A stretch of 64,000 nt of DNA, taken from positions 65,038,001 to 65,102,000 of the forward strand of contig CM069135.1 in NCBI GenBank assembly GCA_035221665.1, written 5' to 3'. The notes under the pieces were generated by a model. It saw only the letters and a program-made list of their open reading frames with translations. It did no database searches and was not told the origin of the DNA. Made by a program: the position numbers and the translations under genes. Positions 24,140 to 37,300 of this stretch are shown in pieces. The DNA is from Okamejei kenojei (taxonomy: Eukaryota). The first letter of the stretch is position 1. Each line of letters opens with the position of its first letter.

Positions 24140-25708
24140 AATAGACAATAGACAATAGGTGCAGGAGTAGGCCATTCAGCCCTTCGAGCCAGCACTGCCA
24201 TTCAATGTGATCATGGCTGATCATACCCAATCAGTACTCCATTCCTGCCTTCTCCCCATATCCCCTGACTCTGCTATCTTTAAGAGCCCTATCTAGCTCT
24301 CCCTTGAAAGTATCCAAAGAACCTGCCTCCACCGCCCTCTGAGGCAGAGAATTCCACAGACTCACAACTCTCTGTAAAAAGGTGTTTCCTCATCTCCGTT
24401 GTAAATGGCTTACCCCTTATTCTTAAACAGTGGCCCCTGGTTCTGGACTCCCCCAACATGGGAACATGTTTCCTGCCTCTAGTATATCCAAACCCTTAAT
24501 AATCTTATATGTTTCAATGATCCCTTCTCATCTTTCTAACCTCCAGAGTGTACAAGCCCAGCCACTCCATTCTCTCAGCATACGACAATCCTGCCATCCC
24601 GTAAATTAACCTTGTGAACCTACGCTGCACTCCCTCAATAGCAAGAATGTCCTTCCTCAAATTAGGAGACTAAAACTGCACACAATACTACAGGTGTGGT
24701 CTCACTAAGGCTCTATACAACTGCATAAGGACCTCTTTGCTCCGATACTCAACTCCTCTTGTTATGAAAGCCAACATGCCATTCACTTTCTTCACTGCCT
24801 GCTGTACCTGCATGCTTACTTTCATTGACTGATGAACAAGGACCCCCAGATGCCATTGTACTTCCCCTTTTCCCAACTTGACACCATTTAGATAATAATC
24901 TGCCTTCCTGTTTTTGCTACCAAAATGGATAACCTCACATTCATCCACATTAAACTGCATCTGCCATGCATCTGCCCATTCACCCAACCCGTCCAATGCA
25001 TTCTTATAGAATTCTCTAAATCATTGATGTATATTGTAAATAGCTGCTGACCCAGCACTGGGCCTTGCGGTACCCCACTAGTCACTGCCTGCCATTCTGA
25101 AATGGACCCATTAATCCCTACTCTTTGTTTCCTGTCTGGCAACCAATTTTCTACCCGTCAGCACTCTACCCCCAATACCATGTGCCCTAATTTTGCCCAT
25201 TAATCTCCTATGTGGGACGTTATCAAATGCTTTCTGAAGGTCCAGGTACACTACATCCACTGGCTCTCCCTTGTCCATTTCCCTAGTTACATCCTCAAAA
25301 AATTCCAGAAGATTAATCAAGCATGTTTTCCCCTTCGTGAATCCATGCTGACTCGGACCAACCTGTGCTATCCAAATGTGCCGCTATTTCATTTTTTATG
25401 ATTGTCTCCAGCATTTACCCCACCACCGACGTCAGGCTAACTGGTCTATAATTCTCTGTTTTCTCCCTCCCATCTTTCTTAAAATGTGGGATAACATTAG
25501 CTGCCCCTCAATCCACAGGAACTGATCCTGAATCTATAGAACATGGGATATTTACCACCAATGTGTCCACGATTTCTAGAGCCACTTCCTTAAGTACCCT
25601 GGGATGCAGACCATCAGGCCCTGGGGATTTATCAGCCTTCAGTCCCATCAGTCTACCCAACACCATTTCCTGCCTAATGTGGATGTCCTTCCGTTCCTCC
25701 GTCACCTC
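24140..25708 (-). mobile_element. 5'-truncated CR1 LINE with a frameshifted RT
   Basis: (ATTGTCT)n tail; KSPGPDGLHPRVLKE, YLDLQKAFD, SGVPQG, WQMQFN, LYRALVRPHL; internal deletion near 25000. Confidence 0.93.
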
Positions 25709-27349
25709 GATATGAATCATGCTCTGTTGTCAGATTAACCAACCATTTATGTGTGAAGAAGAGCACACTATACACATCTACTTATGTCTGGATCATTGGC
25801 GGATACGTCTCATCCACAGAGGAAAGATTGTAGCATACAATTTTGCACATCAACATGAAAGAGGAAAGTACCAACCAAAACGAGGCAACACATCTGAAGC
25901 TCGACACTCGGTGTAGGAAACAAAATCATTTGTATTTTCACGTCTGCAGGATCTCCCAGGCACCTAATTGACAATGAACTGTCCAGTGAAAGGCCCAAAC
26001 CAATTTCATGTCAATGTTATTTATGTCCTTTAAAGTTCAAGGACAGCTGCCAGTACTTACTGAGCAAGGACACGCTGCCCAATGATGAGGAAAGTGGAAG
26101 GTGAGGAAGGAAGCGAGGGTTTGCGGATGTGGACAGAATAATCCAATGATTCTTCTGTGGCGTGAAATGGCCATTATAAATGTAAGGAATGTTATTTGAG
26201 GAATGATGAACAGCGGACGTATAAAAATATAAAGCACAATGAAATAATGCAGTCTGCTATGGCTTCTATTAAATACTTGGATCATCTTGTATAATAAAGA
26301 TATGTATATAAGAATAGAAAAATTATGTTAGTTAAGGAATTTTTGTTGACTTTCCTTGAAATATTTCAGGGCAACTTAGAGGAAAGTAGCTGTTTTATTA
26401 TATCCTGACTAAATCATTTCTAAATCAAATGATCTCCCAAAATATTCCAGTTCTGAAATATATTACTCCATGCATGCTGAGAATTATGAGCAATTAGGGT
26501 TCCTGGCTACAGTTTAAAAAAAGCTGGAAAATAATAATAACATATTGATTTAATATTGCTAACAGACCAGATAGATTATGAAGTCCACATTCAGAAAATG
26601 AATTATTTGTTTCGAATTTAATTTACTTTAACTTTCTGCTTTAGCTATCTTTTTGATCTCGTGTCCTGAATCTGAAGATTATTCAAAGGAATCTAGGTCA
26701 GCTTTTAAAAAGTCTAACTAATATTATTCTGTTGCTTTGTATTTCATTTTGATTCATTGTATGTGAAAAACAGCTTTGGTTTAACACAGACTGTTTTATT
26801 GAAAAAAAAACACCAACTGCACAACTGTAATCTTTGTACTTCACTATTGCTCCAACTATTCTCCCATAAATATTTCACCAATACAAAGAAAATCTATGGT
26901 GCAATCTAAACTACATGCCATCAAAATTTAACTTTCCACCATTGCCTGACAATTTATTTAATTGTAGATTTGCAGAAGTTCATTCTGTTCAAATGCTAAC
27001 AAATTTATTAGTTTGGAAGACAGTGGAATTTGACATTTTCCCTTCAAGAGATTATATAAACTGAATAGAAATCTTCATTGGGTTATTTGTATAATCTTTG
27101 AAAAGAATGCACAGAATACCTTTTCTTACATTCATGTATCTTGGCCTACTTTGATTTTATTTAATTTGTGGTCAGCCTGTTATAAAATTTAATTTTTTTA
27201 AATTTGTGATCAGCCTAACAATAAAAAAAGGTTCATAAAAGTAGAGTGCCAAAACACTCGTGCAGATTTTGTCCACTTGTGTAAACTATCCAGTTTATTA
27301 TATTTCTAAGGAAATAGTGATAAAGGCTCACATCCAAAAAAAACAAATC

Positions 27350-27960
27350 TTTCCACTTCCCATGCAGAGGTTGCCCGTATAGGGTTAAGGGTGTGGCAAG
27401 AGGTGGCAAGCGGCAGATGAACCCAGATGGGGGAGGGTTTATTGGCAGATGAAGATAGGTGGGGGAAGTGAAGGGCGGGAATAGTGGCAGAGGATGGGAG
27501 GGGATAGGTGGAGGCAGCAAAGAGCTGTAGAAGATGGAATTTGATGGAAAAGGAAGATGAAGCATGAAACAAAATAATGGAGGTAGGATAGTTAGATGGG
27601 AACGGTGGGGGGAAGGTACTCAGTGGCTGGAGTGTGCGGGTGTCAGACAGATGGAGTGGATGAGGGAACTGAAGGATAATGATAGGGGGCTGACATTGAG
27701 AAGAACGGTGTGATTGAGATTACCTATGGATCTGAAGTAGCGGGAAAGGGAGAGTGGGGGGCAGGATACCTCAAATTGAGTAAGTCAGTGGTTATGCTAT
27801 TGGATTGTTCACTACCAAGACGGAATATGAGGTGCTGTTCCTCTAGTTTTTGTTCGACCTCATCCTGGTAATGGAGAAGGCTGAAGACAGGCAGCTTGGT
27901 ATGGGAATGGGGAGAAGATTTGAAATGGCTTGTAACCAGGATCTCCAGATGGTCATGGCA
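27350..27960 (-). mobile_element. Old Penelope-like element fragment
   Basis: Similar to 28100-28840 (GIY-YIG C-terminal region EEQHLIF and pyrimidine-rich UTR). Confidence 0.6.
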
Positions 27961-28104
27961 GACCTGAAACGTGATCAGCTAATTCCAGCTACAAAGCCTA
28001 TCAGCTAGAGTTCACATTGACAGATCCTTGTGCCCCCACCACCCCATCCCCATATACCTGCAGGAGATACCACTCTCTCACCCAAATGAACACTAGTTTT
28101 ACCA

Positions 28105-28845
28105 GAAAATAGACACAAAAAGCTGGAGTAACTCAGCGGGACAGGCATCATCTCTGGAGGGAAAGAATGGATGACGTTTTGGGTCAAGACCCATCTTCAG
28201 ACGGGTCAGGGATAAGGGAAACGAGAGATATAGACGGTGATGTGGAGAGATAAAGAAGCAACAAATGAAAGATATGCAAAAAAAGTAATGATGATAAGGA
28301 AACAGGCCATTGTTAGCTGTTTGTAAGGTGACATTGAGAAGCTAGTGTGACTTGAGTGAGGGATGGAGAGAGAGAGAGAGAGGGAATGCTGGGGCTACCT
28401 GAAGTGAGATAATTCAATATTCATACCACTGGGCTGTAAGCTGCCCAAGCAAAATATGAGATGCTGTTCCTCCAATTTGCATTTAGCCTCACTCTGACAA
28501 TGGAGGAGACCTAGGACAGAAAGGTCTGTGTAGGAATGGGAAGGAGAATTAAAGTGTCCAGCAACCAGGAGATCAGGTGGGTTCAGGCAGACTGAGCGAA
28601 GGTGTTCCGCGAAACGATCGTCCAGTCTGCATTTGGTCTCGCCGATGTATGAGTCTACATCTTGAACAATAGATACAATAGTTGAAGTTGGAGGAGGTGC
28701 AAGTGAATCTCTGCCTAACCTGAAAGGACTGCCGGGGTCCCTGGACATTGAGGGAGGAGGTATAGGGACAGGTGTTGCATCTTCTGCGGTTGCAGGGGAC
28801 AGGACCTGAGGAGGGGGTGGTTTGGGTGGGAAGGGATGAGTGTTC
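28105..28845 (-). mobile_element. Penelope-like element 3' part with a GIY-YIG endonuclease remnant
   Basis: CNRRRCNTCPY, FTCTSSNFNYCIYCSRC, YIGETKCRLDDRFAEHLRSV, HFNSPSHS, EEQHLIFCLGSLQPSGMN. Confidence 0.9.
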
Positions 28846-29271
28846 ATCCTTATTTATGATTTGCAGCAACTTCAAATCTGCAACCAAAAGGTAGGAAGCA
28901 ATTATCTTAATGTTGACTTTGACAAATAATTAGTATTTCAGTTTGATTACACCTCTATTTCTGCAATGGAGAATGCTTGCTTGAACATACTTTGTATAGC
29001 AGGACAGTTGGGGGCTGCATCCATTTCTGTGACAAGAGGATTCAAAGCTATTTGTATTCTGAAGCTACATGTATTGTGAATAACATTGTGTTGTATCTGA
29101 AAGGGTGCATAGTACATTTGTTTGTTTGTAATATACACTGTAATATAACCACACCTCTGGCTACACGGACTGAAATATCGGGTAGAACTAAGGCAATGCC
29201 CTGCTGTCAAAATCCACCAACCCCACCCCAATTCCTATTTTAATATATACCACTCAACAGCTGCAACCCAG

Positions 29272-29465
29272 CACCCAACGTGCTGGAGTAACTCAACAGG
29301 TCACGCAGCATCTCTGGAGAACATGACTAGTAATGTTTAGGGTTGGGACCCTGCTTCAGTTTGTCACCTATCCATGTTCTCCAGAGATGCTGCCTGACCC
29401 GGTGAGTTGCTCCAGCACTGCGTCTATTTTTGGTAAAACAGCATCTCTAGATCATTGTGTCTATT
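29272..29465. repeat. Palindromic pair of Penelope-like terminal fragments
   Basis: GTGCTGGAGTAACTCA...CATCTCTGGAGAACATG (29280-29326) is inverted at 29373-29418. Confidence 0.8.
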
Positions 29466-31496
29466 TTAAAATGAGGCATTGCAGTTTTCTTCCATTTTCT
29501 AAGAAATGGTATATCTCCTATTTTGTTCTCAGCTGTAAATTTCAAAACAATTCCCTCTACAGTTATATCCCAATGAATGATATTGCCAAGGAACAGAAGT
29601 AGTTCCATAGTTCAACACTGTGGGATAGCTCCACGTGTTTCCAAATGCCTTGAAATATATCTTGAACTTTCAATCTCTGGGAATAAAATCAATGTCAAAC
29701 AAAGGAAGAAAACTCCTGATATAGATGGCAAATATCTCAAAGTGTTGAAAGATCCCAATGCAGATCTTCTCATGAGATCTGTAAAGCTCTTGTAATTGTT
29801 GTGAGGAAGTGCCCATGGTCATCTGTAAGGGAGAAAATTAATTAACCGCAGATAAACATTTTAGAGACTGGAGTTCTTGCCCGGCCAACATGTGTGAAAG
29901 GGTGACAATCTAAATGCACTGCGATTACCCCCTTTGAAAATTAATTTCCAAAAGCTCCTCTTGAGGTCCATATATTGAATTTTCAGAACCCATCCGTAAA
30001 CAATTATAAATATTGCTTTCCTATGGAGCTGTGGAATTCTTGACAGATGCTTTATTGAATGCCAAGAAATGAAGCTTTTCCTACAAACCAATGACAGAGG
30101 TTGTATTACCTCACTGAATCAGCAGGAAATGCACTGCAGCATCTACTGACACACAGAGAAATGATGCCACCTCCTTCCAGGAATGATCAGGAAAATCTGA
30201 TGTACCTGCTGGTACCTATCGAGGAAATGTAATTCACTTGCTCATCCTCAATTAAAATAAATAACCGGAGAAGTCTCGATTTAAACACTGCAGCATCAGG
30301 GATTCTTATTGCATCTCCCACCAGACCATTGGAGAACTCTACTAGATGTCCTCGTCAGATTGTAGGCGAGCTTTATGATTGAATGAAGTTCAATCCTTCA
30401 TCCAAAGTAATCTGGCAAATGCAACATATCACCTACCAGCTCATGCATCTTTCCAGACACCCAGGACCACTGACAGCTCAGATATAATTGGAGTGAGACA
30501 TCCTTAATTTTTAACACATGTTGTCTTGCAATAAAATCACCCTAAATACCATTTGCCTTCCGATCTACCTGCCGCATCTGTATGTTAGCTTTCAGTGGCA
30601 GAGAACATTTTGACCAGGGTTTGTTTGTGTCCTAAACTAAACTGATTTGGGAGAGCAGACTTTTAGGTTATGGAATTTCTTCTGCCATTCGGATTCCAGC
30701 TAATTTAACTTTCCCGTCCCAGTAAACCGCAGCTCCCCACATCCACCATTACATTCGCAGTGATCCTAAAATTGTTCCCAAGTAATGAACAGGTTCAGTT
30801 TTTACACCCGCTTGTAAGATAATTTGTCCAACAGTCAGAAAATACATAAAATTACTTGATATGGTAACCATACCTCCACAGTATTGAATTGCATTGAATG
30901 GGATGGTGAGCGCATAACACCGATTTGCCAAAACAATTGCTAAAAGAGAGACTGGAATCTATTTCTGCGGTTGTAGCAACGAACGTATGTATGTACATAC
31001 GTCAGACATTTGAATGTAACATTATAGGAGATCGATCACATGTACAAGCGTACCTTTGGGCTTCATAACCTGGGGACAGCTTGTAACAAAGATAAGATAT
31101 TTTTTACGTTTGCATAGCATACAAAAGAAAAAGAAACATTTGAATTTACTTTAGCTGCTGCTTCAACTTCGTAGTCCTACATTTTGTTGCCATAGAACTA
31201 AATTAAAATAAAACTGTTTGGAATTAATTGCCAAACATATTTAGTAGATACAGCATGAATAATCGGCCACAGCCAAACAGCATATTTTTTACAATTGCCA
31301 GCAAACACATTCATGGTAACGTAAACTGATAATATTTAAAACATTTTAATGACCATCAATCACAACTAATTTCTCCGCATCTACTGCTGCAAGTTTTCTA
31401 ACACTTCTCTTATTAATTGATATGTTTAAATGTTGATGACTAGAGACAAATTCTTGCTTCTCGTCAACCATCCCATAGATTTCAAAAGCAGACTAA

Positions 31497-32495
31497 AGGG
31501 GCTGTCCCACTGCGGCAACCTAATCCGCGAGTTAAGAAGAGTGTCTTCGACCTTCAAGCTCGAGGGCACTCGCCTGGAAAACCTCGAGCTGGATCGACCG
31601 TCCGCGTTGAAACCGCGAGCTGGATCGACTGACCGCGCACACACACACACAAAAACATCGCAAAGGCGGGGGCCAGGGAAAGCGGGGGAGCGCTGTCTGA
31701 AATTCACACCTGCGATGAAGAGGAAGGTAAAAGACGGCTACCACAGTGTACAGTGAGCCCTTTAGAGAGCGCGGGGGGGGGGGGGGGGGGGGGGGGGAGA
31801 GAGAGAAGGGGATAGAGGGGGTGGAAGGGGNNNNNNNNNNNNNNNNNNNNNNNNNNNNNNNNNNNNNNNNNNNNNNNNNNNNNNNNNNNNNNNNNNNNNN
31901 NNNNNNNNNNNNNNNNNNNNNNNNNNNNNNNNNNNNNNNNNNNNNNNNNNNNNNNNNNNNNNNNNNNNNNNNNGGAGAGAAGGGGAAGAGAGGGGGAGAG
32001 AAGGGGAGAGAGGGGAGAGAGGGGGAGAGAGGGGGGGAGAGGGGGGAAAAGGCGGGGAGAAGGGAGGGAGTAGGAGTGGAGACGGAGTGGAGACAGTTTT
32101 AAGAAGTATAATAAAGTTTAGCGGGCATTTTACCTACTGGATTTCCCTGGTCCTGAAAACTCCAATGAGCCAATCAAAATGCCCGGTCAGCGAAGAAGAT
32201 TACCTACGGCTGCCCTCGACTGCCTGTAACTAAATAGCGACTGCACTCCACTGCACTACGAGTTAAAAAGAACCATGCTGACCAAATTTTACTCGCGGAA
32301 AATTTTTCAACATGCTGAGAATTTTTCCGCGACCTAGCTGAGGCCGAGAGTATGCGGGAACTTCCCTCGAGCATGAAGCAGAGTTCCAGTGATCTCATAG
32401 GACCTCGTGTCCACGTGTCAACCATGCTGCGAGTTTGTGTCGAGGGCAAACCCTTCTAAACTCGCAGATTACGTCGCCGCAGTGGGACAGCCCCT
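31497..32495. mobile_element. Non-autonomous PIF/Harbinger-like transposon spanning the assembly gap
   Basis: TIR AGGGGCTGTCCCACTGCGGC; TAA TSD at 31494-31496 and 32496-32498. Confidence 0.88.
31831..31973. other. Assembly gap (143 N) within G/GA-rich low-complexity sequence
   Basis: N run. Confidence 1.
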
Positions 32496-33497
32496 TAATA
32501 CTTTATTCCACGAAATAGTAATCTGAAGCCAACAAAATTTATCAGCTAAATTTAAAAAGCTTTCAATCAGACATACAAAATGATCATACCAGCAGGGTCA
32601 AGGATAGTTACATCTACAGGCCTTTTAATAAAAATTATGTTTTCCATATTCCTTGTGGGAAGGAGAAGAGGGAATCATCCTCTCCCATCCACACAGCAGA
32701 GGATCTATGAGAATTCCAGGAGCAGCTTGAAGTCTGTAGATCACCCTCATTCAGAGGGCAAAAAATCCCAACACCGTTCTGTATCCCGCTCCATTACAGA
32801 GAAATGCCACTTGCGAGAGAAATTTCCAGTTTCAGGGCATTATATCTGAAGCAAGGTATAAACCGAGGAGTTAATCAGATTGTGAGGCTGTATCTCTGGG
32901 TACATTAATGACAGCTTTTTAAAATAATATTACATCATCTTCCAAACCAATTCAATTCGGCCACCTTGGTGGAATTATTCTCCGGTTGCTGTATGTACAA
33001 GGTTTGGCAGGCAGGGAGGCAAATGTAGTTTTACCCTCGTTTTAGCAGATTCTTGAAAACTTATTTTGGACTTAGATGCATAACTCTAAGAGGGCAATGA
33101 CGGGGAGACACGGGGAGGATGATTTCCTTGCTGAGATGTTAACGACAAGAAGTCACAATAAGCGACAGGCCTTTTAAAGATCAAGATTAAGAATTTTATT
33201 TAAGTCAAAGGGTAATGATTATAAATCTCCACACAATATGCTGTGTAGGCTGAGATTCAAAACAGAGTTCAATAGATTTCTGGGCATTATAAGCATTAAG
33301 AGAGATGTGGAGAAAAACAAATAAATGTTATAGAGAGTTAAGATCAGCTGTAAAACTATTGAACAGTGGTGTGAGCTCAAAAAGTCAAATGGTCTATTCC
33401 TGCCCCATTTTGTGGTCTTTTGTTCTCTTTTAATCCGTTTTATTTGGTTAAATGTACTTTAGGCTTAGAGCTAAATGGTAAGCAAAAATATATACGT

Positions 33498-33803
33498 ATT
33501 TTAGTTTAGAAATACAGCACGGAAACAGGCCCTTTGGTCCACCGAGCCTGTGCCAACCAGTGATCCCCCATACTAACACTATCCCACACACACAAGGGAC
33601 AATTTACAATTGTATCAAGCCAATTAACCTACCAACCTGTATGTCTATGGAGTGTGGGAAGAAACTGGAGCTCCCAGAGAAAACACATGCAGGTCACGGG
33701 GAGAACATCCAAACTTCGTACAGATAGCACCCATAATCAGGATTGAATCCGGGTCTCTGGTGCTGCAAGGCAGCAACTGTACTGCTGTGCCACCATGTAC
33801 CCC
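33498..33803 (-). mobile_element. HE1-like V-SINE
   Basis: Reverse complement of the family seen at 14069; followed by (TA)n. Confidence 0.88.
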
Positions 33804-34353
33804 TGAATATATATATATATATATATATATATCAAGGCTAAATTAATGAATGGTTCTAATTAGTGCAAATGAATCAGATGGGATTACACAACAATTCAAT
33901 AATTTTATGATTATCATTACTAACATTGAGGTTTCATTTCAGTTGTACTTAGTTAACTGGTGGAATCTGAAATCTGCATGCTTATATTGTGGGGTAGAAT
34001 GTTCTGTGTGATATCAATTTAATGTACACCGCATACCATTAATGAGCATGTCCAATGGTCACAGAGTGTACTCTCGCCATCTGGATGGATGTAAACCCAT
34101 CAGTTTACTTCTCTCTCCTTCTCGGCTGCAGGGCTCATGTGAAGTCTAACTCTCTGTGGTGATGCCACCCACTAGGTGGTACATGCCTCTACTGACAACT
34201 CAAGGCCCAGAGCTGCTCAAGATCACTCTCCACGGCCATCTGCAGTACCCCCCATTGAAATTCTGCAACACAGACAGAAAAAGACTGCCCAGGTTGGCTC
34301 CTCTTAATTCCAACAACGTAGGAGGCTATTCAGCCCGTCAAATCTCTGGGAGA

Positions 34354-34647
34354 TTAGTTTAGTTTAGTTTAGAGATACAGTGCGGAAACAGGCCCAGCAA
34401 GTCTGCACCGACCAGTGATTCCCACACACTAACACTATCCTGCACACACTTTACAATCTTCACAATTTTACCAAGCCAAATGACCTACGTAGGTGGAGCG
34501 TGGGAGGAAACCGAATATCTCGGAAGAAAACCCACGCGGTCACGGGGAGAATGTACAAACTCTGTACAGACATAACCATAGTCAGGATCGAACCCAGGTC
34601 TCTTGAGCTGTAAGGCAGCAACTCAACCGCTGTGCCACCATGCGCCC
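34354..34647 (-). mobile_element. HE1-like V-SINE
   Basis: (TTTAG)n tail and GGATCGAACCC (reverse-complement B box). Confidence 0.88.
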
Positions 34648-34699
34648 AGAGTGATCTCAGATCTCAGAGTAATTTCATTCCCCATTCCTAACCAATCAA

Positions 34700-34912
34700 C
34701 ACCATCTTGATTCTCCTAACACCCATTTGCAGTCGGGGCAATTCACAGTAACTAATTAACCTTCCAACTATGGTCTTTGGTACGTGGGTGGAAACTGAAG
34801 TCCAAGGGAAACCCACATGGTCACGGAGAGAACTTGTAAACTCCAAGCGCCAGTGATTAGGTTTGAAACTGGGTCACTGGAACTGTAGGGCAGCAGCACT
34901 ACCCTTCGTACC
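34700..34912 (-). mobile_element. Older V-SINE fragment
   Basis: GAAACCCACATGGTCACGGAGAGAACTTGTAAACTCC core. Confidence 0.65.
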
Positions 34913-35013
34913 ATTGGACCACTCATTCCTTTACATCCCATTGCATAACTGTTCACTGCATTCGTAATGGAAAAGGCTGTGTCCTCATGTTGATGCTATT
35001 GCAGCATACTTCA

Positions 35014-35530
35014 GACCATAAGACCATAAGAAATAGGAGCAGAATTCGGCAATTCAACCTAACAAGTCTATTCTGCCAATCAATCACGGCCAATCTATTT
35101 TTCCCTCGCATCCCCAATCTCTAACTTTCTCTCCATAACCTTTGACACCCTTTCCAATCAAGAACCTATTAATCTCTGCCTTAAAAATACCAAATATCTT
35201 GGCCTGCACAGCCGTCTGTGGCAATGAATTCCACAGATTCATCACCCTGTGGCTAAAGAAATTCCTCCTCATCTCCATTTTGAATGAACAACCTTTTATT
35301 CTGAAGCTGTGCCCTCTAGTTCCAGACTCTCCCATTACTGGAAACATCCTTTTCATGGCTAGCTATCTAGGCCTTTCGTTATCTGGTAGGTTTCGATGAG
35401 ATACCCTCTTGTCCTTCTAAATTCCACCGAGTACTGGCCCAGAGCCTTCCAACAGTCCTCATGCGTTAACCCAATCATCCCCGGGATCATCCTCATAAAC
35501 CTCCTCTCCAAAGCACATCCTTCCTCAGAC
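35014..35530 (-). mobile_element. CR1 3' fragment
   Basis: (TTATGGTC)n tail; TRGHSFRI, RRNFFSHRVMNLWNSLP. Confidence 0.88.
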
Positions 35531-36329
35531 CAACATAACACTAGGTCTCTCGAGTGCTCAATGGCAGAAGCATTATTTTAGTATGCCAATAATGGCAGAA
35601 GCATTATTTTAGTATGCCAATAATCCTACATGTGTGGTTTGTAGCCCACATTGATCACATGTGTTTAATGGAAATAAATGTCCAAGTTTTTGGTCTGCCT
35701 TATAAGTTCATATATAACTGGGATGGAGTAATGTCAGAGGAAGAAGACATAATAGTAAGATTAAACAAGAACTTACCAGTTCGAAGTTTGATCGTTATTT
35801 ATGAGGAGTTACGATGAGGGATTACGTGAAGACCCCGCCTCACGCTGGCAACGGCATACTTCAAAGCAGCGGCATGAAAAACACAGAACACCAAAAGCCG
35901 GAGTAACATAGTAAGGCTCATAAAAGACTCAGAACTACCATTTGATCATTTATTTTATGAGGTGGGGAGCGGAGGGCACGTAATCCCTCATCGTAACTCC
36001 TCATAAAATAACGATCAAACTTCGAACTGGTAAGTTCTTGTTTAATCTTACTATTTTACTTCGGAGTTCACGTGAGTGACTACGTGAAGATTTTAAAGCT
36101 TTCTGTGTTTTTTAATGTCGTAGAATCAATCCGTACGACAGTCCGGCTAAGTAAACACATACATGAGAAACCAGACTAATGTTAAGATCATTTCACAATT
36201 AACTTTTTAATGGTTTAAAGACCATATAATAACCCTCCTTAATCTGAGGGAAAATGATTACAAGTGATAAAAGATAGAAGTGACTACACCATTGATTATA
36301 GCAATTAATAGTAAACAAAGCAGGTGATT

Positions 36330-37300
36330 ATAGTGCTCCCAACACCGCGTGTCAAAGCTTGTCATAGTGTGAACAGGTTTATTGTAGAACTTTGAGAAAG
36401 TTTTCTTCTTTACTCCACCCTGCGACTTTTAAAATATGCTCGAGGGGTACGTCCCGCCCCTTCGCCGCGGACGTAGCTGCCGCCCTGGTGGAGTGAGAGA
36501 TTTGAACACATCAGTGTCTACTCCCGCTAAAACCAACACCTGTTTCAACCATTTTGAGATAGTTTGAACTGAAGCTTTTGTGTGTGGTTTTTTGTGCGTA
36601 ACCATTAACGCTTTTTTCATTTCCTCGAAGGGTGTCAGTAACTTTAATATATTCGTTCAAATGTTTAACCACACACAAAGTAGGATCAATATGATAAGCT
36701 TGAAAGGTTACCTTTGTTCCAGATCTCCCTGGTCTGCTTTGTTTGATTAACTCGTAAACATAGAACACAACATTATCTGTAGTCACATGCATACAGTCTA
36801 AACGCAACATTTGTAAAGTTTGCACTCTTTGAGCTGAGACCAGTGACATTAACATGACTAATTTCAATGTCAATCTTTCCAATGTCAACCCTTCAATTGG
36901 AGTCCATTGTCTAAGTAGCGTAAGTACAATGCTCACATCCCAAATCTCTGTGTATCTTGGTTTGGGTGGATTAATATTAAAGATTCCTTTCATGAATCTA
37001 GATATTAATGGATGCGACCCAATTGATCTCTGATCAGTCATAAGCCCCTAAATAGGACGACAAAGCACTGCGTGCAGTGTTATGGCACTGTAACTTAAAT
37101 GTTGCTGAAAATGCAAATTGGCAAGGAATTCCAAAACATTTACAATATTTACAGTATCATAAGAAATATTTTGACTGTGTGCAAAAGTCTTCCCATTTCT
37201 TAATATGTGTCATATATTGCTTTTGTGTGCTATTGCGCCATGATGCAACCATAACTTTCATAGTTTGGTCCGACAATCCCAGCTCCTGTAGTGGTCTGGT
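36330..37300 (-). pseudogene. Tyrosine recombinase of DIRS C (frameshifted)
   Basis: GSHPLISRFMKG, LVSAQRVQTL, IKQSRPG, LCVV, SVQTISKWLK; HSTRAAATS shifted by a TC slip. Confidence 0.92.

Noticed and set aside
29600-30240. Minus-strand exon candidates at the strong acceptor near 29823 and at 30110-30215
   Set aside because: Stops occur in all frames before a suitable donor.
35559-35620. Perfect 31-bp tandem duplication
   Set aside because: Simple local slippage duplication with no further structure.
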